Source of the DNA: a virus | DNA length: 52,082 bases | IMG/VR virus record: IMGVR_UViG_3300045988_090625 | Strand: one strand, 5' to 3' | In this document: positions 1 to 7,265 of the stretch, one piece after another | How positions within the stretch are numbered: the stretch's first letter is position 1 | Layout of the letters: every line of letters starts with the position of its first letter | Program-made: the position numbers and the translations under genes | Notes under the pieces: model-generated | Databases searched by the model: none | What the model saw: the letters and a program-made list of their open reading frames with translations, nothing else | Told to the model about the DNA's origin: nothing

Positions 1-94
1 AAAACAAAGAATAAGATAAACAGCATGTGGAGTGGACGCTTAGGACGCAAACAGGCAAGGTGCAAAAATTTATTTAAAACAAAATAAAACAAAA
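1..94. repeat. Left copy of 94-bp terminal direct repeat (identical to 51989-52082)
   Basis: Read directly: aaaacaaagaataagataaacagcatgtggagtggacgcttagg...aaaataaaacaaaa occurs at both window ends. Confidence 0.95.
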
Positions 95-99
95 AGTGT

Positions 100-131
100 T
101 TGACATTTGTTTCGTATTATGTTATTATAAT
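100..131 (+). promoter_or_regulatory. Sigma70-like promoter (TTGACA-N17-TATTATAAT)
   Basis: TTGACA 100-105, 17-nt spacer, TATTAT 123-128 overlapping TATAAT 126-131; 44 nt upstream of ATG 175. Confidence 0.6.
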
Positions 132-174
132 TACAGAACAAAACAAAAAGAAAACAAATTGGAGGAAATAAAAA

Positions 175-939
175 ATGTTAAATAAAATAACTTTTAATAG
201 TATCTCAGAAGTATTGAATTTCATAGATAAACATGAAGTGACAGAAGGATATAAAGCTCATATGGCATCAGTAGAAGGTGTATATTCATTCACAAAAACA
301 AATGATTTTAATGAGGCTATGAACTTATTAAAACATGGATGGGAAAGCGGTGCTCAGAAATTAAATACACAATTAAAAACCATTAAAACATGTGATGGTT
401 ATAAAACAAAACAGTTTTATGGTGTAGCAGGGTATCAGTGTTCAGTACCTAGATACCTGCAAGGAATACCAACAAACATGATAAATAGTAAGCGTGTTGT
501 GACAAAAAACAAAGTCGTAAACATAACGAAAGATATTTGTTATAATGCAGGATGGGATGCGGATAAAATGATTGAACAAGGCGTGAAATTTGTTGAACTT
601 GTAAACAAAATTGAAAGTACAGGAACAAGATGTAATGTGTTTGTTATGCTCGGGGCGCAAAGGTATAATAACAAAGTTTGTTTTAAAATTAAAATAAAAG
701 ATAGTTCACAGAGAATGAACATAAAACAGTTAGCTTTTCCTTTAGCACATCCTAGTATGTTGCGTAGAATATTATTTGCGTTAATGGAAAGGCATGAGAC
801 AACAAAAGATATGTATAACGGTTATGGTAGCCCAATAAGTTTTGATGAACTGCAAAGTGAATTTCATAAAGAATACTTTGTTCCAAGAGAAATCGAAGAA
901 GAGCATATAACAGATGCAAACAAATATTGGTGTGATTAA
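175..939 (+). CDS. Hypothetical early protein; possible degenerate vWA-like partner of the downstream AAA+ ATPase
   Basis: 254-aa ORF, GGAGG RBS 161-165, terminator hairpin at stop. 'KVVNITKDICYNAG' resembles a vWA first strand but lacks DxSxS. Confidence 0.7.
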   Translation: MLNKITFNSISEVLNFIDKHEVTEGYKAHMASVEGVYSFTKTNDFNEAMNLLKHGWESGAQKLNTQLKTIKTCDGYKTKQFYGVAGYQCSVPRYLQGIPTNMINSKRVVTKNKVVNITKDICYNAGWDADKMIEQGVKFVELVNKIESTGTRCNVFVMLGAQRYNNKVCFKIKIKDSSQRMNIKQLAFPLAHPSMLRRILFALMERHETTKDMYNGYGSPISFDELQSEFHKEYFVPREIEEEHITDANKYWCD

Positions 940-957
940 TTTCACACCTTTTGTTTT
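929..957 (+). terminator. Intrinsic terminator
   Basis: GGTGTGA(929-935)/TCACACC(942-948) stem, 6-nt loop, then TTTTGTTTT; overlaps the stop codon of the 175-939 ORF. Confidence 0.7.
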
Positions 958-1031
958 ATTTTTCTTTGTATATAATATTTATATTATATATTTCTTTTAA
1001 TATAAAATATAATTTATTTTAAAAAAAAGTA

Positions 1032-1063
1032 TTGACTTATTAATAAAATTGTAGTATTATAAT
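1032..1063 (+). promoter_or_regulatory. Sigma70-like promoter
   Basis: TTGACT 1032-1037, N17, TATTATAAT 1055-1063; preceded by an almost pure A/T tract 960-1030. Confidence 0.6.
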
Positions 1064-1104
1064 TACATCAAGTAAAACAGATATACAAATTGGAGGACAA
1101 ATAA

Positions 1105-2244
1105 ATGAAAACAAGAAACTTTTTAAACGTAAGATTAAACACAGTAACAAACAAAATTGAATGTGAAACATTAACAGACTTTGGTGTAGTTAAAATCAAA
1201 AGAACACCAAGAAAACATACAGTTGAAATAAGAGAAGAACAGAAACAGGGCATTTATAGTTTTGAAATACAAGGAATTATGTATTGTTATAAAGTAGCTG
1301 ACAAGGATGGCTATATGGAACAGTACAGAGAACCAGTAGATTTTAGAAGTGAAGATAGAACAACAGATGAACTTAGAAAAACAGGAAGGAAAGCAAAAAC
1401 ATCTGTTGAACTTCCAAAAGCAAAAGTAATTGAACCTAAAAAGCCTGTTGTAATCGAAGAACCAAAACAGGAAAATAAAGAAGAAAACAAGGAGGTTCAC
1501 CACAAACAGTATGATACAATTAAAGCATGTATTGAAAATGATATTCCTGTATATCTTGTAGGTGAAGCAGGAACAGGAAAGAACTACACATTGGAACAGA
1601 TTTCATGGGACTTAGGATTGGAATTTTATTTCACAAATAGTATTCAGCAGGAATACAAATTAACAGGTTTCATTGATGCAGGTGGAACATACCATGAAAC
1701 AGAGTTTTATAAAGCATTTAAAAATGGTGGTATTTTCTTCCTTGATGAAATTGATGCAAGTATTCCAGAAGTATTGGTTTTACTAAATGCGGCAATCGCA
1801 AATAGATACTTTGAATTTCCAACAGGTAGAATTGAAGCACATAAAAACTTCCGTGTTGTAGCCGCAGGAAATACAGTCGGAAGTGGTGCTGATGAATTAT
1901 ATACAGGTCGTTTAGTTCTTGACCAAGCAACACTTGATAGATTTGTTATTATTGATTTTGACTATGACAGAAACATTGAAATGCATATTTCAAACAATAA
2001 CAAAGAATTGGTTGATTTCATTGAGGATTTAAGAAAACAAGCTAAAACAAATGGAATTAGAGCAACATTCAGTTATAGATGCATTACTATGGTAACAAAA
2101 CTTGAAAAAGCAAAATTACCATTAGAACAGATTTTGAAAATTGCAGTATTTAAAGGAATGACAGCCGATACAATAAATTGTTTTGCAAGTAATAATTCAA
2201 ACAAATATGGCTATTCGTTAACACAGATTAAAAGGGCGGCTTAA
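1105..2244 (+). CDS. AAA+ ATPase, AAA_5 type (MoxR/CobS/McrB-like)
   Basis: Walker A 'GEAGTGKN', Walker B 'IFFLDEID', 'VVAAGN', 'LDRF'; K/E-rich N-terminal ~130 aa; GGAGG RBS. Confidence 0.85.
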   Translation: MKTRNFLNVRLNTVTNKIECETLTDFGVVKIKRTPRKHTVEIREEQKQGIYSFEIQGIMYCYKVADKDGYMEQYREPVDFRSEDRTTDELRKTGRKAKTSVELPKAKVIEPKKPVVIEEPKQENKEENKEVHHKQYDTIKACIENDIPVYLVGEAGTGKNYTLEQISWDLGLEFYFTNSIQQEYKLTGFIDAGGTYHETEFYKAFKNGGIFFLDEIDASIPEVLVLLNAAIANRYFEFPTGRIEAHKNFRVVAAGNTVGSGADELYTGRLVLDQATLDRFVIIDFDYDRNIEMHISNNNKELVDFIEDLRKQAKTNGIRATFSYRCITMVTKLEKAKLPLEQILKIAVFKGMTADTINCFASNNSNKYGYSLTQIKRAA

Positions 2245-2262
2245 TTGCTTCCCTTTTATTTT
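2232..2262 (+). terminator. Intrinsic terminator
   Basis: AAGGGCGGC...GCTTCCCTT stem with one mismatch, followed by TTATTTTT; overlaps the stop of the ATPase gene. Confidence 0.6.
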
Positions 2263-2296
2263 TATATAAAACAGAACAAAAAGTTTTAAAAATGTG

Positions 2297-2328
2297 TTGA
2301 CAAATGTTCTGGGAAGGTGTATTATAAT
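2297..2328 (+). promoter_or_regulatory. Sigma70-like promoter
   Basis: TTGACA 2297-2302, N17, TATTATAAT 2320-2328. Confidence 0.65.
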
Positions 2329-2375
2329 ATCAGAAACAAGGAAAACACAAAACAAACAAAGAAGGAGAACAAACA

Positions 2376-2744
2376 ATGACAAGAGAAGAAATGTTAAACG
2401 GATTAAAAGAAGCAGGAATGATGGCAGGACAGTTAAGACAGGCGCAGAAATGGTCTGATAAACGAATCGAAAAAGAGTGCATCAGATATGGCATTATTGA
2501 TAACAGAAGTGAGGAAGAAAAAGAGTGCTATGCTCTTATGGCAAAATTACAGGGATTACAGGGACATTTACATGACCTTGTAGATGATTCATTTGATGGT
2601 GACATGATGATGGCAATTTGCACAGATGACTATGCCGCTTGTAGAGAAACAGAACTTACACAGCAGGTTCGTAGAGAAATTGCTGAAACACAGAGCAAAC
2701 TTCAAAAGAATGAATTTTTCAAATTCTTGCATACATATGCATAA
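2376..2744 (+). CDS. Hypothetical protein
   Basis: 122-aa ORF, AAGGAG RBS, first gene after promoter 2297. Confidence 0.7.
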   Translation: MTREEMLNGLKEAGMMAGQLRQAQKWSDKRIEKECIRYGIIDNRSEEEKECYALMAKLQGLQGHLHDLVDDSFDGDMMMAICTDDYAACRETELTQQVRREIAETQSKLQKNEFFKFLHTYA

Positions 2745-2755
2745 AGGAGGTACAA

Positions 2756-2959
2756 ATGTTTGAAAAAATAAAAAAAGCAATTGACCCTATGCCAGATTAT
2801 TATAACTATACAAAGGAATTGATTGAGTTAGAACAAAGGTACAGGGATTTATTCGGAAAAGAAGAATTTGAGGATATGCGTAAACGCTCATATCAATCAA
2901 CAATGCCTTATAAATCGTTTATAAAGGCAGACATGGAAAGAAAGTTACAAGAGGTATAA
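2756..2959 (+). CDS. Hypothetical protein
   Basis: 67-aa ORF, AAGGAGG RBS 2744-2750, tightly packed in operon. Confidence 0.65.
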   Translation: MFEKIKKAIDPMPDYYNYTKELIELEQRYRDLFGKEEFEDMRKRSYQSTMPYKSFIKADMERKLQEV

Positions 2960-2963
2960 AGTT

Positions 2964-3242
2964 ATGGTAGTACAGAAAGAAATTGATTTAAAGGCATTAC
3001 AAAGCGTTGTAGAAGATGCTATGCAAGAGGCAATAGACAATTGTGAAGAAGTAAAAATAAATTTAATTGTAGCACATGATGTTATTGCAGAAATCAAAGA
3101 AGCATCCAAAATTGAAACACAGACAAATAAAAGATTGCTAGGATGTTATGGTTACTATGATGAAAACAAAACAAAATGTACATGCTGTAAACAACAAAAA
3201 AAGAATGTATGGAAGAAAAGGGGCGAAATGATTGGAATGTAA
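2964..3242 (+). CDS. Hypothetical protein (C-terminal CxCC, basic tail)
   Basis: 92-aa ORF directly following the previous stop. Confidence 0.6.
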   Translation: MVVQKEIDLKALQSVVEDAMQEAIDNCEEVKINLIVAHDVIAEIKEASKIETQTNKRLLGCYGYYDENKTKCTCCKQQKKNVWKKRGEMIGM

Positions 3243-3516
3243 TATAATGGGGTGTGATAAAAAAGTTGTAAAAAAAACATGTTATAAAACAAATTATAAA
3301 AACATTGTCATTGTAAAGCTAGAAAATAAATGCTATTCTATTACACATTATCAAACAGGAGTTGCGATTGAATATAACAGATACACTTCAAAACAAAAAG
3401 CATTAGTAAATCTGGATAATGTTGTTCATAGAGTCAGAGAAAGTCTTAAAAGAAATAATATAAAATCTTTTAAACAATATTGTAAACAAAAAAGAATAAA
3501 ACAAATAAACTTTTAA
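3232..3516 (+). CDS. Hypothetical protein
   Basis: 94-aa ORF overlapping the upstream stop; start uncertain (ATG 3232 or 3247). Confidence 0.55.
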   Translation: MECNIMGCDKKVVKKTCYKTNYKNIVIVKLENKCYSITHYQTGVAIEYNRYTSKQKALVNLDNVVHRVRESLKRNNIKSFKQYCKQKRIKQINF

Positions 3517-3517
3517 A

Positions 3518-3964
3518 ATGAGGTATAGCAAAATGAAATTAACAAAGGAACGGGCAATAGCAGAACATAGAAAAATGTGGTTATGGATTTCAAGACAGAT
3601 TATGAAAGATTACTTAGCAAATAGAACAGTAAGAAAAATATATTCTTATAAATGTGATTATTTGAATAAAGTTTATCCTAATGAGATAATATCTTATAAA
3701 TGTTTTTGTTGTGAATATGTAAGACAGACAAGCGAAAATCGCTATAGCTATAAAGATTGTGCATTATATTGGAACTGCTATAAAGATTGTCCGTTGTATT
3801 GGAATGATGACCGCACAAAGTATACATGTGGTGAACATTTGAGTTATTATGAAATTATAGCAATTACAACAAGTACATATCGTACTTTTTGTGGATTTAA
3901 AGAAGCAAAAAGGATGGCAAGAATGGCTTACAAAATAGCAATGTTAGAGGAAAAAGAACAATGA
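3518..3964 (+). CDS. Cys/Tyr/Trp-rich hypothetical protein with tandem 'YKDCxLYWN' duplication
   Basis: 148-aa ORF. ATG 3533 fits the GAGG RBS (3520-3523) better than 3518. Confidence 0.65.
   Translation: MRYSKMKLTKERAIAEHRKMWLWISRQIMKDYLANRTVRKIYSYKCDYLNKVYPNEIISYKCFCCEYVRQTSENRYSYKDCALYWNCYKDCPLYWNDDRTKYTCGEHLSYYEIIAITTSTYRTFCGFKEAKRMARMAYKIAMLEEKEQ
3747..3806 (+). repeat. Two tandem 30-bp units inside the coding region
   Basis: gctataaagattgtgcattatattggaact / gctataaagattgtccgttgtattggaatg, 25 of 30 identical by hand alignment. Confidence 0.85.
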
Positions 3965-4713
3965 ACAAAAGAACAACTAAGTGGTACAGAAAAAATGAAG
4001 CAGAATTAATGAAGCGTTTAGGTTTTAAACCAACACGCAATAGTGGTGCAACATGGATAGATAAAGCAGATGGACAGAACGACCATTGTATTTGTGAACT
4101 TAAAAGCACTGACAAAGCATCTTTTACAGTAAAGCAGGAGTATTTACATACACTTGAAGCAAATGCCATAGAAGCTCATAAATTGCCTGTATTTGCGTTT
4201 CAATTCATTAACAGGGATGAAGTATGGCTTGCAATAAAAGAATCTGATATAGAAGCATTTAAAAACCTTGTGCGGTATTCTGTATTAGAAGAATTGGCAG
4301 AAGGAGATAGAAACTATACGATTCCAGAAGAGTTACAAAAAAAGTTTGGTAAGAAAGAATTACAGGAAGAATTGGAAAGCAATGGTTTTTATCTATCTCC
4401 ATTATTGGAAAAAGAAGAGCAGGAAAATAATTCAAAAAAGTTATTGACAACTGAAAATAAAAGTGATACTATAATGGGGAAGGGGAAAGGGGATAGGGTT
4501 GAAGCTGTTAGCTTCATGCCAGAACCTAAACCAATAGATAACAATGATATTGATAAAGCTAATACAGATAAGATAAAACAAAACTTATTAGCAAGAAACA
4601 AATATATGTTGTCTAAACAAACAGAACAAGAAGAAATACAAGAAAGAAGGAGAGAAGAACAAAGAGAAAGGAATAGAACATATTGGAAAAGAAATTCAAA
4701 CAAAAAGGGATAG
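3961..4713 (+). CDS. Putative PD-(D/E)XK nuclease (Hjc/resolvase-like) with K/E-rich C-terminal half
   Basis: 'NSGATWIDKADGQNDHCICELKST' fits a D...E-x-K nuclease core; ATGA overlap with the upstream gene. Confidence 0.5.
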   Translation: MNKRTTKWYRKNEAELMKRLGFKPTRNSGATWIDKADGQNDHCICELKSTDKASFTVKQEYLHTLEANAIEAHKLPVFAFQFINRDEVWLAIKESDIEAFKNLVRYSVLEELAEGDRNYTIPEELQKKFGKKELQEELESNGFYLSPLLEKEEQENNSKKLLTTENKSDTIMGKGKGDRVEAVSFMPEPKPIDNNDIDKANTDKIKQNLLARNKYMLSKQTEQEEIQERRREEQRERNRTYWKRNSNKKG

Positions 4714-5078
4714 CAACTTTTGAAGGGTTGTCTATTGGAAAAAACAAAACAGTACAAGTAAAGTTTAAACTCAGATATGATGAAATTCTTACTTCGGTAG
4801 AATTATTACAGGGTTTAAACAATGATATTACTGTACATGCTAAAGGTGCTACCGGAAAGGCTCAGAACCTTGGGTTGTTTACTATTGGAGCAGTAAACTT
4901 TGACAAAGATGGTAATGCAACAATACCTTTTAAAGCACTTGTAGATAATGTTAATCTGGATGCTATTTGTAACTTAGTTGATGAAGAATACATTCAGTTA
5001 CGTTTTATGGCAGTATTAGAATTGCCAGATGCAAATGTAGAAGATGCAGAAGGAGGTGAGGACGAATGGCAAGATTAA
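4683..5078 (+). CDS. Hypothetical protein
   Basis: 131-aa ORF beginning at TTG 4683; start uncertain, overlaps upstream gene by 31 nt. Confidence 0.55.
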   Translation: MEKKFKQKGIATFEGLSIGKNKTVQVKFKLRYDEILTSVELLQGLNNDITVHAKGATGKAQNLGLFTIGAVNFDKDGNATIPFKALVDNVNLDAICNLVDEEYIQLRFMAVLELPDANVEDAEGGEDEWQD

Positions 5079-5359
5079 GTTACACTGAAATCTGTAAAGA
5101 ACGTATCAAAGAAAAAAGGAACATTGTTATTTCTGAAACATTTGATAGCGAAGGCAAATTCATGGGTTATTCAGTAACAGAACAGCTTGTAGCAGAAGAA
5201 AATGGGAAAGAAGTAAATGTATTCCTTAAAAACAGCCTTGGTATTTTAGATGACAATGGATTACTTGGGCTTTACAATGCAATAGAATATGCATGTGAGA
5301 AAGCAGGGTTAATTCAGTTTAATGTTCCAGAAGAACAGAAAGAAGAAAATACAAATTAA
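5066..5359 (+). CDS. Hypothetical protein
   Basis: 97-aa ORF, GGAGGTGAGG RBS 5052-5061. Confidence 0.65.
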   Translation: MARLSYTEICKERIKEKRNIVISETFDSEGKFMGYSVTEQLVAEENGKEVNVFLKNSLGILDDNGLLGLYNAIEYACEKAGLIQFNVPEEQKEENTN

Positions 5360-5362
5360 GTA

Positions 5363-5391
5363 TTGACAAATAAAACACAAAATGTTAAAAT
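5363..5391 (+). promoter_or_regulatory. Sigma70-like promoter with extended -10 (TGTTAAAAT)
   Basis: TTGACA 5363-5368, N17, TAAAAT 5386-5391 preceded by TGT; followed by ~110-nt leader containing (TCAAA)x3. Confidence 0.55.
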
Positions 5392-5503
5392 GTATTTGTA
5401 ACAAATAAATACACACATTAAACTCTATTCAAATCAAATCAAACACAAAAGAAGAACCATTCACTAAGCTAAAATCAAGAAAAAGAAAAGAGAGGTAAAA
5501 GAA

Positions 5504-6235
5504 ATGGCAAAGAATTGGACAGCTTATGAAGCCGCAAAAGAAATTTATGGAGACAACAAAGAGAACATTGCAGAGATTGGAAGCAGATTTCCATTATTCG
5601 CAAGAACAATCGCAATCTTGAACAATGATTATGTTCTGGATATTCTGAAAGCAATTCCGAAGGTTACTGCAAGAGTTGTTGAAACTGGTCTGAAAGAAAT
5701 GGAAGTTGACGCAGACGTTGAAACAGATGCAGAAACAGAAGTGGAGGAAAAACCAGTTAAAAATACAAAGAAAACAAAATCAGCAGTAGAAGAGGATGAC
5801 GCAGAAGGAACATATGAGAGCATGACAAGCAAAGAGCTGTATGCACTGTGCTGTAAGAGAGGTATTTCTTCCAAGTGCAAATCACGTTCCAAAGATGCAT
5901 TGATTGAACTGTTAAACAAATATGATGCAGGCGAACTTGATGATGAGCCGAAAGCCAAAGCAGGTAAGAAAACAAAACCGGCAAAAAAAGCAGAGCCAGT
6001 TGAGGATGATACAGAAGATGAAGACTGGGACGATGACGATGACGAAGAGGAAGAAGAGAAAGACCCATATGCAGGTAAAACAGCCAGAGAACTGTTTGCA
6101 ATGTGCAAGGAGCGTGGTCTTAAAACAAAACCAAAACAGTCAGCAGAGAGTTATGCAAAACTTCTGAAAGAGGATGATGCGGCAGACGCAGATGATGAAT
6201 CTGAGGAAGATGAAGATGACGAATGGGAAATCTAA
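5504..6235 (+). CDS. Highly acidic protein with two HeH/SAP-like motifs and a '...DEDDEWEI' tail
   Basis: 243 aa; 'MTSKELYALCCKRGISSKCKSRSKDALIELL' and 'KTARELFAMCKERGLKTKPKQSAESYAKLL'; D/E tracts; C-terminal ~100 aa paralogous to C-terminus of ORF 41107-41919. Confidence 0.75.
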   Translation: MAKNWTAYEAAKEIYGDNKENIAEIGSRFPLFARTIAILNNDYVLDILKAIPKVTARVVETGLKEMEVDADVETDAETEVEEKPVKNTKKTKSAVEEDDAEGTYESMTSKELYALCCKRGISSKCKSRSKDALIELLNKYDAGELDDEPKAKAGKKTKPAKKAEPVEDDTEDEDWDDDDDEEEEEKDPYAGKTARELFAMCKERGLKTKPKQSAESYAKLLKEDDAADADDESEEDEDDEWEI

Positions 6236-6240
6236 AACAA

Positions 6241-6270
6241 ATTTGAAGTAATTTGAAGTAATTTGAAGTA
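6241..6270. repeat. Three perfect tandem 10-bp repeats (ATTTGAAGTA)x3
   Basis: Read directly at 6241-6270 inside the ORF-free gap 6236-6408. Confidence 0.95.
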
Positions 6271-6408
6271 GTAACAAAATAATAACGGATATTCTGAGTA
6301 AACACCTATACAGAATCGTGCATAAACATAATCTGATATTTCAAAGGGCAGGCGGCAGGGAAACTTGTTAGTCTGCTTTTATTTTTAAAACAAAAGGAAT
6401 AAAGCAAT

Positions 6409-6792
6409 ATGAAAACAGATGACATTTTAAACATTGATGCAGATAAAGAAGAAGGAAAAAGAACCTTAAACAAATTTCTGTGGAAAATAAAGCCATTAAA
6501 AACAAAAGCAATGAAGCAGGGAATACCGCCTAAAGCAGAGTATTTGCCCTTAGAATTGATTGAAACAGCCATACATGGATTGTGTAGCCATTATGGATAT
6601 AGAACGCAAGGAATAGGCAGTTATTTTAATTCTGACGTGTTTCAGTTTTACACAACATGTGTAATGGATGAAAAGAGACAATGGCTTGGAAACGTATATG
6701 GTAAAACATTGTGGGAGATTGAAGCAAAAACATTAATAAAAATATATGGATTAATTCTGGAACAGAAAGGAAGAGAAAATGAAAACAGTTAG
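6409..6792 (+). CDS. Hypothetical protein
   Basis: 127-aa ORF, AAAGGAA RBS; overlaps the RNase H start. Confidence 0.65.
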   Translation: MKTDDILNIDADKEEGKRTLNKFLWKIKPLKTKAMKQGIPPKAEYLPLELIETAIHGLCSHYGYRTQGIGSYFNSDVFQFYTTCVMDEKRQWLGNVYGKTLWEIEAKTLIKIYGLILEQKGRENENS

Positions 6793-7261
6793 CTTTTATA
6801 CAGATGGAGCGTGTAGTGGAAATGGAAAGAAAGAAGAAGGAGCAGGCAATGGTGGCTGGGCTTATGTAGAATGTACAAAGTGCGATTCTGGAATTAAAAC
6901 AAAGGTGGTATCTGGAAACAAAACAAACACAACAAACAATGAAATGGAACTTACAGCAGTATATAAGGCGTTAGTAAAGTCCTTAAAAGCAGGCTATGAA
7001 AATGTAACGATCTATACAGATTCGGCTTACATCGTAAACGCTATAACAAAGGGTTGGTTGTGTAAATGGCGTATTAATGGTTGGCAGACTGTGGAAGGAA
7101 AACAAATTAAAAATAAACAAATATGGGAAAAGATGTTTAAGCTTATATATGAGAAAAACATTAAGCTCACTATGGTAAAGGTAAAAGGGCATAGTACAGA
7201 TATGCTAAATGAATTAGCAGACAATGCCGCAGTCAATGCAAGATTAGAATTGGAGAAGTAA
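6779..7261 (+). CDS. rnhA: Ribonuclease HI
   Basis: 'FYTDGACSGN', 'NNEMELTA', 'IYTDSAY', 'GHS...NELADNAA' match the RNase HI D-E-D-D layout. Confidence 0.9.
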   Translation: MKTVSFYTDGACSGNGKKEEGAGNGGWAYVECTKCDSGIKTKVVSGNKTNTTNNEMELTAVYKALVKSLKAGYENVTIYTDSAYIVNAITKGWLCKWRINGWQTVEGKQIKNKQIWEKMFKLIYEKNIKLTMVKVKGHSTDMLNELADNAAVNARLELEK

Positions 7262-7265
7262 AGCA

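Noticed and set aside
25-87. 20-codon ORF MWSGRLGRKQARCKNLFKTK inside the terminal repeat
   Set aside because: It has no Shine-Dalgarno sequence upstream, unlike essentially every real gene here. It is treated as non-coding (see the GC-island finding).
5629-6108. Minus-strand ORFs 5629-6108 and 5757-6101, and + strand alternative frame 5922-6167
   Set aside because: They are generated by the GAn/GAT-rich acidic-tract coding sequence of 5504-6235. Poly-Ser and poly-Leu translations are artefacts of that repeat composition.
6330-6390. Possible terminator GCAG...CTGC followed by TTTTATTTTT
   Set aside because: It has only a 4-bp stem with a 14-nt loop, too weak to call. The T-run may simply be A/T-rich spacer.
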